Assembly: GCA_963722255.1 (NCBI GenBank)
Contig: CAVRJO010000002.1
Span: 352,001-416,000 of the forward strand
DNA: 64,000 nt
DNA from: Candidatus Babeliales bacterium
Lineage (GTDB): Bacteria > Babelota > Babeliae > Babelales > JANWKD01
Reading direction: 5' to 3'
Shown: positions 39,621 to 49,381 of the stretch, piece after piece
Layout: every line of letters starts with the position of its first letter
Numbering within the stretch: the first letter of the stretch is position 1
Notes under the pieces: model-generated
The model's database searches: none
Seen by the model: the letters and a program-made list of their open reading frames with translations, nothing else
What the model was told of the DNA's origin: nothing
Position numbers and translations under genes: made by a program

Positions 39621-40448
39621 TTAGCTTAACGCTTTTTTCATAAGTTGACCAATAATGAAGCGAGCACGATCAGAATCGTCTGCATTTGACTGATTCATAA
39701 GTCTTTGAACATAAAGATTTTGACCTTTTCTATACTCGTCGCCAAGAAGCATTGTTCTTATATCGGCGCGAACAACTTTTAAGCGTTCATATTCGGCCAT
39801 AATTTGAGAAAGTTCTTCAAACTCAGGCGTAAAGTTCAATTCACATACCACGGCAGGACCAAAAGGTTGTTCAAAAGAAACCTTTTGAGACTCTTGCATA
39901 CTTTTCAATTGACGTAATTTAGCCAATTCAAAATCAGTTGAATGATCACCATAAAGCGCCATAGCAACTGCAAGCGCTACGACATATTTTTTGACTTCCA
40001 ACGGCATAGGAGCTGGAATGCAATCTTGATTAATAAAAAGAACTGTATCTGTTGATCCTGCAGGGGCACGTTTTGCAAAAGGAACTATTTGCAACGAATC
40101 ATTTTCACAGCCAAAATCCTTAAGAACTGCAGCTACAAGATTTTTATGGCTTTGAGAAAGCTCAACTTCAATGCGATCGTTTTGCACCATTTCTTGTACA
40201 AGAGCATCATACTCAGCCTTGTGTGCCCTTTTAAGCTCTTGGCATTGATTTTGATCAATTCCATAAACTTTATGCAATTTTTCCCAGAGCTTTACCTCTT
40301 CTTGCTTCAACCATTGTTCAAAATCACCCTTTGTTTGGGCTTTTTCGATATTTATTGGCTCAATTCCTGGATTTTCCATTGAATTCAATGAAGAAATCAC
40401 TAAAAGGCCAATAAAGAGCGAAAATATAGTTCTTATAGATATATTCAT
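39621..40448 (-). CDS. Secreted hypothetical protein (...SLNS|MEN), possibly degenerate M48-like fold
   Basis: RBS gagg; signal peptide from ATG 40448. Confidence 0.72.
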   Translation of the reverse strand: MNISIRTIFSLFIGLLVISSLNSMENPGIEPINIEKAQTKGDFEQWLKQEEVKLWEKLHKVYGIDQNQCQELKRAHKAEYDALVQEMVQNDRIEVELSQSHKNLVAAVLKDFGCENDSLQIVPFAKRAPAGSTDTVLFINQDCIPAPMPLEVKKYVVALAVAMALYGDHSTDFELAKLRQLKSMQESQKVSFEQPFGPAVVCELNFTPEFEELSQIMAEYERLKVVRADIRTMLLGDEYRKGQNLYVQRLMNQSNADDSDRARFIIGQLMKKALS

Positions 40449-40571
40449 AGAGAAACCCTCATTGTTATACGTATGCGTACCCTTCCTGGTATTCGCATAT
40501 ACATTACTGTTTGACATTATCATAGTATATATATTATACAATATTACAAAATTGTCAATTGCGCCTGGGTG

Positions 40572-41123
40572 TTATACGGTGGGAACAAAAAAATGCTTAC
40601 GATAGGTTCTCAAAACCTCTATAGATTCATAGACATCAGGTAAAGCTCTATGTTTATCCTGTTTTTTTATATCACTAAAGGGGCTTGAAGGATACCAACG
40701 TATAACCAGCTCTTTAATCGAGCTGACATCAACAATTTTATAATGGAAAAAAGCGTCTAATTTTGGCATATATCGTTGAATAAAGGATTTATCCTGCCAG
40801 ATGGAATTGCCACACAAAATGCCCTGACCTTTTATACAATAGTCTTTTAAAAAATCGCAAACTGCTAATTCTGCTTCTGAAAGAGATATAGTAGATTTTT
40901 GTACCGCTTCGGTTAATCCAGAAATAGTATGTTGCTTTTTACACCACTCGTTCATAGAGTCAAGAACTTCTTGTGGTTGGTGAATTACTATAGAAGGCCC
41001 TTCAGCAATAACAGCAAGATCTTTATCGGTGACGACAACTGCTATTTCAAGAATCACATCGAGCATAACATTTAAACCGGTCATTTCCAAATCAAGCCAA
41101 ATAAGATTATTTTTATCACGCAT
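40572..41123 (-). CDS. orn: Oligoribonuclease
   Basis: LIWLDLEMTGL, GNSIWQD, DVSSIKEL, HRAL.D..ES. Confidence 0.96.
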   Translation of the reverse strand: MRDKNNLIWLDLEMTGLNVMLDVILEIAVVVTDKDLAVIAEGPSIVIHQPQEVLDSMNEWCKKQHTISGLTEAVQKSTISLSEAELAVCDFLKDYCIKGQGILCGNSIWQDKSFIQRYMPKLDAFFHYKIVDVSSIKELVIRWYPSSPFSDIKKQDKHRALPDVYESIEVLRTYRKHFFVPTV

Positions 41124-41126
41124 TAC

Positions 41127-41741
41127 TTAGTTCTCTTCTTTAACTACGGCAAAGGGTCCAGCATTTTCTTTTGGGGATTTTGAATACGAAGAATTTGTTG
41201 CTTTACGACTTTCCATTGCTTTTCTCATTTCTGGGTTTTGAATAAAAAGATGCCCATAGATTTCATTTAAGAGATTCTTTTGAGGTTCTTCTTTATGATG
41301 TTGAAATTGCAGTGCAGCACGAGATGAAGGTCTTTTAATTTCAGTTTTTTTAGGCTTGTTATACCATTTTAAGAATTCGTTTTTTATATAATCATCTTCT
41401 CTCCTAGCTAATTTTTCATAAGACAGATTTTTCTCTTTGATAAATTTATTAATAAGAATTTCAGAATCTTCTTTTAAACCTTTTGCTTTAGCACATTCCT
41501 TGAGGGTTTCTAGAACATCAGACTTAGCGTCTCCAATTGATCCATTAATCTTCATTGGCTCTGAAATAGATCTGCGAATGTTTATTGCTGGACTAAAAGG
41601 TATTCTAGTGGAAAGCTCATGAGAGGACGTGATTCTTGAATCAGCTGATCCTTTTTTGGGTTTATACTCTTTAAAGGACGCATTAACGATGCAAGGCAAT
41701 AAGAAACAGACGTAAAAAAATTGATTTTTATTCATATACAC
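41127..41741 (-). CDS. Secreted hydrophilic K/S/E-rich hypothetical protein
   Basis: Signal peptide ...LLPCIVNA; 204-aa ORF. Confidence 0.7.
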   Translation of the reverse strand: MYMNKNQFFYVCFLLPCIVNASFKEYKPKKGSADSRITSSHELSTRIPFSPAINIRRSISEPMKINGSIGDAKSDVLETLKECAKAKGLKEDSEILINKFIKEKNLSYEKLARREDDYIKNEFLKWYNKPKKTEIKRPSSRAALQFQHHKEEPQKNLLNEIYGHLFIQNPEMRKAMESRKATNSSYSKSPKENAGPFAVVKEEN

Positions 41742-41909
41742 TCAACAATTTTAAGCATTCTAAATTCAAATTTACTATAAACATTTTAATAAGAATTTAC
41801 AATTTTAATGTTATTTGCTGTAAAATATCATTTACCATAATTTGAACTTTTACACTGATTTTATTAAGCTTTACTCAAATTTTCCCACTCATAAAAAAAG
41901 GACCTTTGT

Positions 41910-43436
41910 ATGCGCTTTTCAGCAATTTTTTTGTATTTTTTATTGCTAACGACAAACTCTATTTTATCAACGACCTATAAACTTACTCATCCAAGTCAAA
42001 CACCATGGCCGGGTTTTTTTAGTGTTTTTAATACCGTCTTAGGAGCACTCGAGTTTTATGAAAATAGCGATGATGCCGATGGTTTTATTGTTGATTTTGA
42101 AAAATCAGGTTTCTTTTATGATCCAAATTTTGGAGAAAATTGGTGGGAATATTATTTTGAACCAATCAAACTCGGTACGCCCAATATCAATGAGATAATA
42201 TTCAAAGAATATAAAAAAATTACTTTTAGTTTTTCTGCGCAACTTAAAATGTCTCGAGAAAGAAGCTATGAGCTTATTAATAACTACATAAAACTTAAAC
42301 CACATATACAAAATAAACTTGATGCATTTGTTAAAGAACATTTTGAAGGAGAAACTGTTATCGGCCTTCATTATCGAGGAACCGATAAAATTCTTGAAGC
42401 ACCAAAAATCAATTATGAGCTAGTAGGGAAACTCTTATCAAAAGAAATTGAAAATGATAATTCCATTAAAATTTTTGTAGCCACCGATGAGGATTCCTTT
42501 TTGCAGTATATGTATAAAAAGTTTCCGGGAAGGATTATCGCTTTAGATGCCATTCGTTCAAAAAATGATATACCGGTACATAAAATTATGACAGAAAGTC
42601 CTTACCAAAAAGGAGAAGATGCATTACTCGATTGTTTATTACTTTCAAAATGCTCAAAAATTTATAAAACTGCTTCAAATCTCAGCGATGTTTCAATAAA
42701 ATTTAATCCAACCATGCCTGTAATTAACATAAGCGAGCATTTTACTGAGAAAAAATCTTATAGTAGATATAATTTTTTTAAAGTATTGGATACTATTTTA
42801 ATGCTGCTCGATACCTATGAAAAAAACCCCAAAGCAGGATTCACTGCTTATTTGCCAACTAAAGATGCTAACTGGTGGGAATTTCATTTTAAACCCCTCA
42901 TTGTAGGCAATCCTCATCCAAATTTACAACTAGATGACATCGATTTAACTATTTTTGGCTTTACCGGAATCTATGAAATGGACCCCAATAGAGCATATGA
43001 GCTCATAACAAAATATATAGAAATTAAACCTCATGTCATTGATAAAGTTGAGGAACTTTATAACGAAAAATTAAAAAATTCATTTGTAGTAAGCATTTTT
43101 TACATGAAAGGTGAAGGAAATGATTACCAACACTACAATGAAATTATCTTCAGAACACAAAAAATTCTTCGCAATGCGCCTAATAATAATAAGATAGTAG
43201 TTATCACCGATGATAATCTTCTCATACAAGTAATGAGAGAAAAATTTTCAAATATAGTACATCCAGTAAGTCCTAAATGGCAAAATCTTGATGGTGAAGT
43301 AGATCTCCTTTTTTGCCTAATTATGGCAAGAGCAAATTATCTAATTGGCTCTCAATCAGTCTACCTTAAAGTAGTTTCTCAATTTAATCCTTTACTACCG
43401 GTTGTAGCAATTGGAGATTATTGGCTTGAAAAATAA
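41910..43436 (+). CDS. Secreted NodZ/GT23-like fucosyltransferase with tandem duplicated domain
   Basis: GFFS, NWWEYYFEP, IGLHYRGTDK, IFVATD, DCLLLSKC; degenerate second copy. Confidence 0.75.
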   Translation: MRFSAIFLYFLLLTTNSILSTTYKLTHPSQTPWPGFFSVFNTVLGALEFYENSDDADGFIVDFEKSGFFYDPNFGENWWEYYFEPIKLGTPNINEIIFKEYKKITFSFSAQLKMSRERSYELINNYIKLKPHIQNKLDAFVKEHFEGETVIGLHYRGTDKILEAPKINYELVGKLLSKEIENDNSIKIFVATDEDSFLQYMYKKFPGRIIALDAIRSKNDIPVHKIMTESPYQKGEDALLDCLLLSKCSKIYKTASNLSDVSIKFNPTMPVINISEHFTEKKSYSRYNFFKVLDTILMLLDTYEKNPKAGFTAYLPTKDANWWEFHFKPLIVGNPHPNLQLDDIDLTIFGFTGIYEMDPNRAYELITKYIEIKPHVIDKVEELYNEKLKNSFVVSIFYMKGEGNDYQHYNEIIFRTQKILRNAPNNNKIVVITDDNLLIQVMREKFSNIVHPVSPKWQNLDGEVDLLFCLIMARANYLIGSQSVYLKVVSQFNPLLPVVAIGDYWLEK

Positions 43437-43487
43437 AGCACGTTTATACACAACAAAGGGCTCAGCCCGCATTTTGGACTTTAAATC

Positions 43488-44021
43488 ATGCAAAAGTTAA
43501 TTTTTTTATATCTACTATTCTTTTTCACTATTCCATTATTTGGGATGTTAGAAAACTTTAAAGAGATAGAATTAAACTCAACACCACATTCATTTACTGG
43601 TGAAAAGGTAGCAGCCTACATGCCTGAGAAACATATTTCTACTCTACCAAAGTCACTATCAAGATATAAATCGGCCTTTATTTTCCCTAAAGAATATTTA
43701 GATGAAAATAATCTTATGTTGGTCAATTTTGTTTTACAAGTGTTGCGTGCTCTTCCTCATGAACAATACTTCAATATCTATAAAGAGGATTATTTAGTAT
43801 ATGACTGTCGACAATTGTGTAAAATTTTAAAAGAACATTCATTGTGTAGTTCATGTATTGAAAAGAAAGCAAAAAAACAACAGAAAAAGGTACAACCTGT
43901 ATCCCCTACAGCAACATCAAATGATCTTCGCAATGCATTTATTTTTTTAGGCTCCTACGGTCTTTTTTGTTGCGGTTTAGGAGGAGGATTCATTTTATTA
44001 TATAATCGCTTTTTTAAATAG
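43488..44021 (+). CDS. Secreted, tail-anchored hypothetical protein (...PLFG|MLE)
   Basis: Signal peptide; C-terminal TM containing CC. Confidence 0.7.
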   Translation: MQKLIFLYLLFFFTIPLFGMLENFKEIELNSTPHSFTGEKVAAYMPEKHISTLPKSLSRYKSAFIFPKEYLDENNLMLVNFVLQVLRALPHEQYFNIYKEDYLVYDCRQLCKILKEHSLCSSCIEKKAKKQQKKVQPVSPTATSNDLRNAFIFLGSYGLFCCGLGGGFILLYNRFFK

Positions 44022-44037
44022 GGTTAATTTTTTTAAT

Positions 44038-44862
44038 TCAAAAAAGTTTATAAAATAAACAATCCGGTAATAGCTTAAAGAGCCATGCAATCAAGCGCCA
44101 ACGGTGTGTAATATATGCATGAGAAACTTTATTTTCGATAGCAGTATAAATTTGATCGGCAGCTTTTTCAGAAGTAGCGCGCCAAAAACTAATCGGTTCC
44201 CCCATTGCAGTATCAACAGCTCCAGGTTCAATAGTTGTTACAATAATATTTTTATTATTACGAACCGCATAGGCTCTTAACCCTTCAAGATAATTGGAAA
44301 CAAATGCTTTTGAAGCACTATAAATAGGGGCACCCGGAATCCCGCGCAAAGCTGCAATTGATGAAATTCCAACAAGATGGCCTTGGCCCTGTTGAAAAAA
44401 ATAGTGCATCGAATCTTGCGCCAAAGCTGCAAACCCCAATACATTAACCATTATCGTTTCTTTCTGCTCATTCCAGTTCCACATATTCATCGTTCCCACA
44501 CCAGCATTTAAAATAATAAGATCTACTTTCCCCATCTTTTTTATCAATTTTTTTAAGATGATTTGTGAACGTTCTGTTTCTTTAATATCCATATAATGAA
44601 TGTAGGATTTTTCTGTCAACTCTTGCTGCAATGACTCCAATAAAAGTTTCCTTCTTCCGGTTAAGCCAACAATATAACCAGATTGGGATAATTTTTTTGC
44701 CAATGCTCTTCCAATTCCCGATGTAGCACCAATAATGATAGCTTTTTTTTGAATAGAAGATGTTTTTTGTAAGAAAGATGTTGAAATTAGTAGAGAAAAT
44801 ATGCCAATAAAAAAAATAATAATAAATTTTTTATTCAATTGCATGGTCCCAATTAAGATCAT
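44038..44862 (-). CDS. Short-chain dehydrogenase/reductase with N-terminal membrane anchor
   Basis: GATSGIG, NAG, YSASK, PG.VDT. Confidence 0.93.
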   Translation of the reverse strand: MILIGTMQLNKKFIIIFFIGIFSLLISTSFLQKTSSIQKKAIIIGATSGIGRALAKKLSQSGYIVGLTGRRKLLLESLQQELTEKSYIHYMDIKETERSQIILKKLIKKMGKVDLIILNAGVGTMNMWNWNEQKETIMVNVLGFAALAQDSMHYFFQQGQGHLVGISSIAALRGIPGAPIYSASKAFVSNYLEGLRAYAVRNNKNIIVTTIEPGAVDTAMGEPISFWRATSEKAADQIYTAIENKVSHAYITHRWRLIAWLFKLLPDCLFYKLF

Positions 44863-44903
44863 TAACTAAGCTTTAATTTTTTACATTTAGTTTAACATAT
44901 CTA

Positions 44904-46175
44904 TCAAAAGTTCAACGTAATACCTGCGCCAATGGTATGCACACCAACAGAACGTTTGCCGTTAAAAGGAACTTTATAGAAAAACTGTAGTTGTGGTTTA
45001 AACCAAGAATCTTCGTTCATATCACACTGAAAATCATATTCTGCTTTAAAAATAAACTGATGAATTGTCCATTCTTCTAATGATACCGCCGTATTTGCTA
45101 TCTGTTGAGAAAAATCATTCGTGAACAATCCTAATCTATCATCATTGTGTTTCCAAAATTGATAAATTACCGAGGCAGATAGACCTCTATAAATTTGATA
45201 GGCTTGAAGAAAAAGATTATAACGTTGCGTAAAACCATATTCGGTATGAACTCGAGTTTCAGCTAAAAATAAAAATTCAGTTTGATCGGCATGAGTTTTT
45301 ATTCTTCGTGTTCGATTATCGCCAAAGAGTGTTAAAAATTCAAAATCGATTCCTCCACGAATATAATTGAACCAATTAAGAATTATGCCGCCTCCAAAAA
45401 AAATACCCCATGCACCATCAAAACCAAAAGGAACAAAAAATATATCATTTATATCAGTTTTGACACCCGTTGGAATAGTTAGTCCGGCACGTACGTTCAA
45501 ACCTACATTTTTTAAATATTCTTTCGCTTGAGGAAAATACTGCAACCATTCTCCCATAATAACTGCATCACCAAGTCCTGTTTTTTTCCAACCGTTTAAA
45601 TTAAGACATGGATCAAACTGTTTAAGCGTTTGCGAAAAATTATCCGTTAAATTTTCTTTAACGAGTATATCTTCTGCTGTAATATCTTGAGTTAAATCTA
45701 CAAAGCCAACGTTTTTTAAACGCATAGAAAGAACCGGCAAGAAAAAACCAACCGTTATATTATGTGGAACATGGTAGCGAGCACATAACACAGCATTAGC
45801 CAAAAGATCTAGATTTCCGCAAAATAAAAGATGACCCCGTACACCATCATCCTGCGGATTCATGAGTACATTTTGGAAAAAATTACTTTCCGGACTACTA
45901 TCTGGAAATCCTTTTAACATTGCCAAAGCATCTTGTGTTCCAGACCAGATCTGCATAACATTTACATGTTTATCAGTGCTATTATACCCTGATGATCTCA
46001 ACCCACCTTCATAATAACCCGTTATTTGCAATGGAGCACCACACCATTCTGGCGGACGTAAATTGATATCCCAAGGCCTAAAAAAGTTAATTGGAAAAAA
46101 ACCGAATGATTTATTGCTCAGGCATGATGCCACAACGAAAACGAGCAAGGCGATTTTTGTTCTTTTACCTGTCAT
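44904..46175 (-). CDS. Putative outer-membrane beta-barrel protein
   Basis: Signal peptide; amphipathic strands; GLGD and GLTIPTG motifs; C-terminal GAGITLNF. Confidence 0.7.
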   Translation of the reverse strand: MTGKRTKIALLVFVVASCLSNKSFGFFPINFFRPWDINLRPPEWCGAPLQITGYYEGGLRSSGYNSTDKHVNVMQIWSGTQDALAMLKGFPDSSPESNFFQNVLMNPQDDGVRGHLLFCGNLDLLANAVLCARYHVPHNITVGFFLPVLSMRLKNVGFVDLTQDITAEDILVKENLTDNFSQTLKQFDPCLNLNGWKKTGLGDAVIMGEWLQYFPQAKEYLKNVGLNVRAGLTIPTGVKTDINDIFFVPFGFDGAWGIFFGGGIILNWFNYIRGGIDFEFLTLFGDNRTRRIKTHADQTEFLFLAETRVHTEYGFTQRYNLFLQAYQIYRGLSASVIYQFWKHNDDRLGLFTNDFSQQIANTAVSLEEWTIHQFIFKAEYDFQCDMNEDSWFKPQLQFFYKVPFNGKRSVGVHTIGAGITLNF

Positions 46176-46199
46176 GATTGTAATCCTTGTTTTACTATG

Positions 46200-49139
46200 C
46201 TAATTATGAATTCGAAGACCAAAATCTCCTGCAAGAAGCCAATTTCCTGTTGCAGAATTCTGTACCAAAGCAGAGACATTTTTTGTTTTTTTCCCAATGT
46301 TTATTATTACAGAAAATAAATTGGGCTCAACTACTCTATAATTTTTTATATGCGGTAATGAGACAACATCCATAAATGGCTTTTCATGCATTTGTCTTGA
46401 TCGAGCACTAAAATAATGCACTCCGTCGGTAGCAAAATGGTCTCTAAAATTTGTAAAAGTAAATAATGGCATCAACCCCTTATCAAAATACCTATGATCC
46501 TGCAAAAGTTGAACAGTGGTATCAGTAATTCCATGTTTAGAAATATCGTTTACATACAAACGATAAACACGCGTCATATTTTCTAATAATGAACCCGTTG
46601 AAACATATACTTGTCCACTGTGACAAAAACCATTTTTTTGACCCGTTGCCGTCACAAAAAACAGCCTATATACCGCTCCTTTTGCATGAGGCAAAACAAT
46701 TTGATTCCATTGCATAGAGCCATAAACATCGGTTCTACAATCCTTTCCTGCAGCATTAACCAAGAGACCTTTTGAAGTTGCAAGTAAGCAAAGTGGTCCT
46801 GATACACCAACATCAAAAAAGCAACCTTCTTGCGGTGCAATTTCTATTACAACAGATCCTTTTTGCAAAGTAGCTTCTTGCACAACTTCCTGGCTTATTG
46901 CAATTCTTTCAAGCTTATTTTTAGTAAGTACAAATAAAAACTGCTCATCTGCTGCAAGTTTTTTAATTCCGTTCCAATTTCCTATTTTTTTAAATGAATA
47001 GTTTTTTTGAATACCTGCAAAATGGGGCAATATTCCGGGATCACGTGCAATTCCTGAACCATCATCGGCCGCAAGAATAGCCGCACCTTTCATACCTGCA
47101 ACAATAAGCCAAGCTTGTACCTCATCATGAACAACCACAGCTTCTGTTATTGATCCAATTTCATCCAAAACGCCACCTTCAACAACAAGCACATTAGGCT
47201 TACTTATATCCTGAGGTTCTGTTACCGGCGTAATTGAGCCATTATTATTAGTAGAAATATTGGTTGTGAAGCCTTCTTTAAATGCAGTAAAGATAGCTTC
47301 GTTATTTAAATTTCCTGTTTCAACAAGAACAATTTTTTTGTATCCTGTTGCAACAAGTAATGATACCAGATTATTGTTACCACAAAGAGGATTTGTTGTT
47401 GAAAAATCAAATAATCCATGTATACCACCGCGATCACGCTTAAATTGTTCATTAAGAAGATCAGCTAAATCGCCTTTTTCTTTTTCTGCGTCAACTCTTT
47501 CTTTATTTGGGGGAATATTTTGCGTTATTTGACAAACGACTTCAGGCTTTTCTGATTTTAAATATGCAATAAAAAATTGTTCTGTATTAATCATTGCTTT
47601 GGCTACACCTTCTTGAACTCCTGCAATACGTTGCCAAGGTGTCCATGCTGCTATTTTACCCTCTTTATCCAGAATTGCTTGAGAATGAAAGATACCAGGT
47701 TGTTGGCCACATCCTGCTTGTGCACAGGTAACATAAACCACATCTCCTTCAATTATCATATCAGTAATTAAACTTGGAAGTTCTTTACCTGCACCGACTT
47801 GAGTTTCTCTATCATATTTCGTTACAACATCTTCAAGAGAATCAACTTCATTATGCATTGCTCTGCCAAAAAGCCTACGCTCAAAATATTTGTTATCGAT
47901 ACTACTATGCTTAGATGCAATGGTTCCTTTTGATCTATCTTCTGATGACTCTTGAATAGTTTGGATTACCCCCTTATCAGTTAAGGGCAAAGCATATACT
48001 TCTTTGTCAGTTTGATGGGGCTCACCAACACCACCAACAAGAATTAGATAGATATATCCCGTACTTGTACACATGGTACGAACTTTATGTATAGAACTAC
48101 CAACTCCAGGACCACAAGCACCAATAATCTTATCGCTTCCCCGGCAAAGGCAATCCGGCATAATAGGATCAAAAACAAGCCGCTGTTGAGCATCGATTCT
48201 TCCGATTAAAAGCGCCCTACTCCCCTGCGTTTCAGAACAATCAAAAGAATTTTTAACATGTAATGCAATATAAAGCCTTCCAAGATATGGATTCCAATAC
48301 ATATCTACAGCTTTGGAATCTATAGAATAGCTTCCTCCATTAATAGAAATAACCGATTGATCAAGAGCAACAGCTTTATTACCAAATGAAGTTCCGGTTG
48401 CTGCATCTAGAACATTGAAACAATAATCTATCTTTTTTTCAGTTTTTTCTTTGCCATCGTAATCTTTTGTAAGAACTTCTTCTACTTTTCTGTCATATTT
48501 AATGACGGCAATCCCACTAGCACTTGCATCACCCCAAAGCCCTTTACTATCTTCTACTGCGGCAAAAACATAGGTGCTTTGGTTATTCTCTATTGTTCCT
48601 GTTGTACCTAATGCAAGTCCAAGAATACCAGCTGAAACATCTCCTACTACATCTTTTAAAGGCTCGGTTGCAAGTAATTTTTGATACGTTGCCGTTATAA
48701 TATTTTCAATATAACAAACAATATTTGGATTTTTTTCTGTAACAAATAGTGGATAGGTAGTGGCCGTAGAAAGATGTTTAATGGAAGAGTTAAAACAAGG
48801 ATGAACTTGATCAGGTTCTTCGTTAATCATAGCGGTTTCACAAGCAACTCCCCTTGGTTCATGAACAACATTCAATAGACTCCGCGCCGGATTATTTTCT
48901 ATATAACCATAGGCTAAAGAATCGTTCTTTTCACCTTCTTTTGAGCTACAAAAGTAGAAGTTTGCAGAATTTTGAGGCCTGTTAAAATTTGAATCAAATT
49001 CATACCCCTTAAATTTAAAGAGAGTAGGATAATAGGGTAATGGTATTGTTACCAGTTTCTGTAGATACTCTCTATATGTAGTATACGTGGGTACAATGAT
49101 TGTCGCGACAAAAATTACAATAGCGGTTCTAAGTTTCAT
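46200..49139 (-). CDS. Large secreted beta-rich (propeller-like) protein, 979 aa
   Basis: RBS aaagga; signal peptide; blades such as LLATSKGL and WLLAGDFGL. Confidence 0.75.
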   Translation of the reverse strand: MKLRTAIVIFVATIIVPTYTTYREYLQKLVTIPLPYYPTLFKFKGYEFDSNFNRPQNSANFYFCSSKEGEKNDSLAYGYIENNPARSLLNVVHEPRGVACETAMINEEPDQVHPCFNSSIKHLSTATTYPLFVTEKNPNIVCYIENIITATYQKLLATEPLKDVVGDVSAGILGLALGTTGTIENNQSTYVFAAVEDSKGLWGDASASGIAVIKYDRKVEEVLTKDYDGKEKTEKKIDYCFNVLDAATGTSFGNKAVALDQSVISINGGSYSIDSKAVDMYWNPYLGRLYIALHVKNSFDCSETQGSRALLIGRIDAQQRLVFDPIMPDCLCRGSDKIIGACGPGVGSSIHKVRTMCTSTGYIYLILVGGVGEPHQTDKEVYALPLTDKGVIQTIQESSEDRSKGTIASKHSSIDNKYFERRLFGRAMHNEVDSLEDVVTKYDRETQVGAGKELPSLITDMIIEGDVVYVTCAQAGCGQQPGIFHSQAILDKEGKIAAWTPWQRIAGVQEGVAKAMINTEQFFIAYLKSEKPEVVCQITQNIPPNKERVDAEKEKGDLADLLNEQFKRDRGGIHGLFDFSTTNPLCGNNNLVSLLVATGYKKIVLVETGNLNNEAIFTAFKEGFTTNISTNNNGSITPVTEPQDISKPNVLVVEGGVLDEIGSITEAVVVHDEVQAWLIVAGMKGAAILAADDGSGIARDPGILPHFAGIQKNYSFKKIGNWNGIKKLAADEQFLFVLTKNKLERIAISQEVVQEATLQKGSVVIEIAPQEGCFFDVGVSGPLCLLATSKGLLVNAAGKDCRTDVYGSMQWNQIVLPHAKGAVYRLFFVTATGQKNGFCHSGQVYVSTGSLLENMTRVYRLYVNDISKHGITDTTVQLLQDHRYFDKGLMPLFTFTNFRDHFATDGVHYFSARSRQMHEKPFMDVVSLPHIKNYRVVEPNLFSVIINIGKKTKNVSALVQNSATGNWLLAGDFGLRIHN

Positions 49140-49381
49140 TATTCACTTCCTTTAAAGAGCATAAAAAGAATTCATTATAGCTTATCACAGATTTTTGTTG
49201 TCAACCATCGGTAGCTGTTTGATATAAGTGTAAGTTATTTTAAAAAAAGCGCACCATTTTCAAACTTTTATAGACTACTAAAAAAAATAATTATTTCCAA
49301 ATAATAAAACATGTGTTATACAGATATTATATATAAGTTTTATATTTTTTAATTTATTTTTATACTAGGTATTTTTTATTA

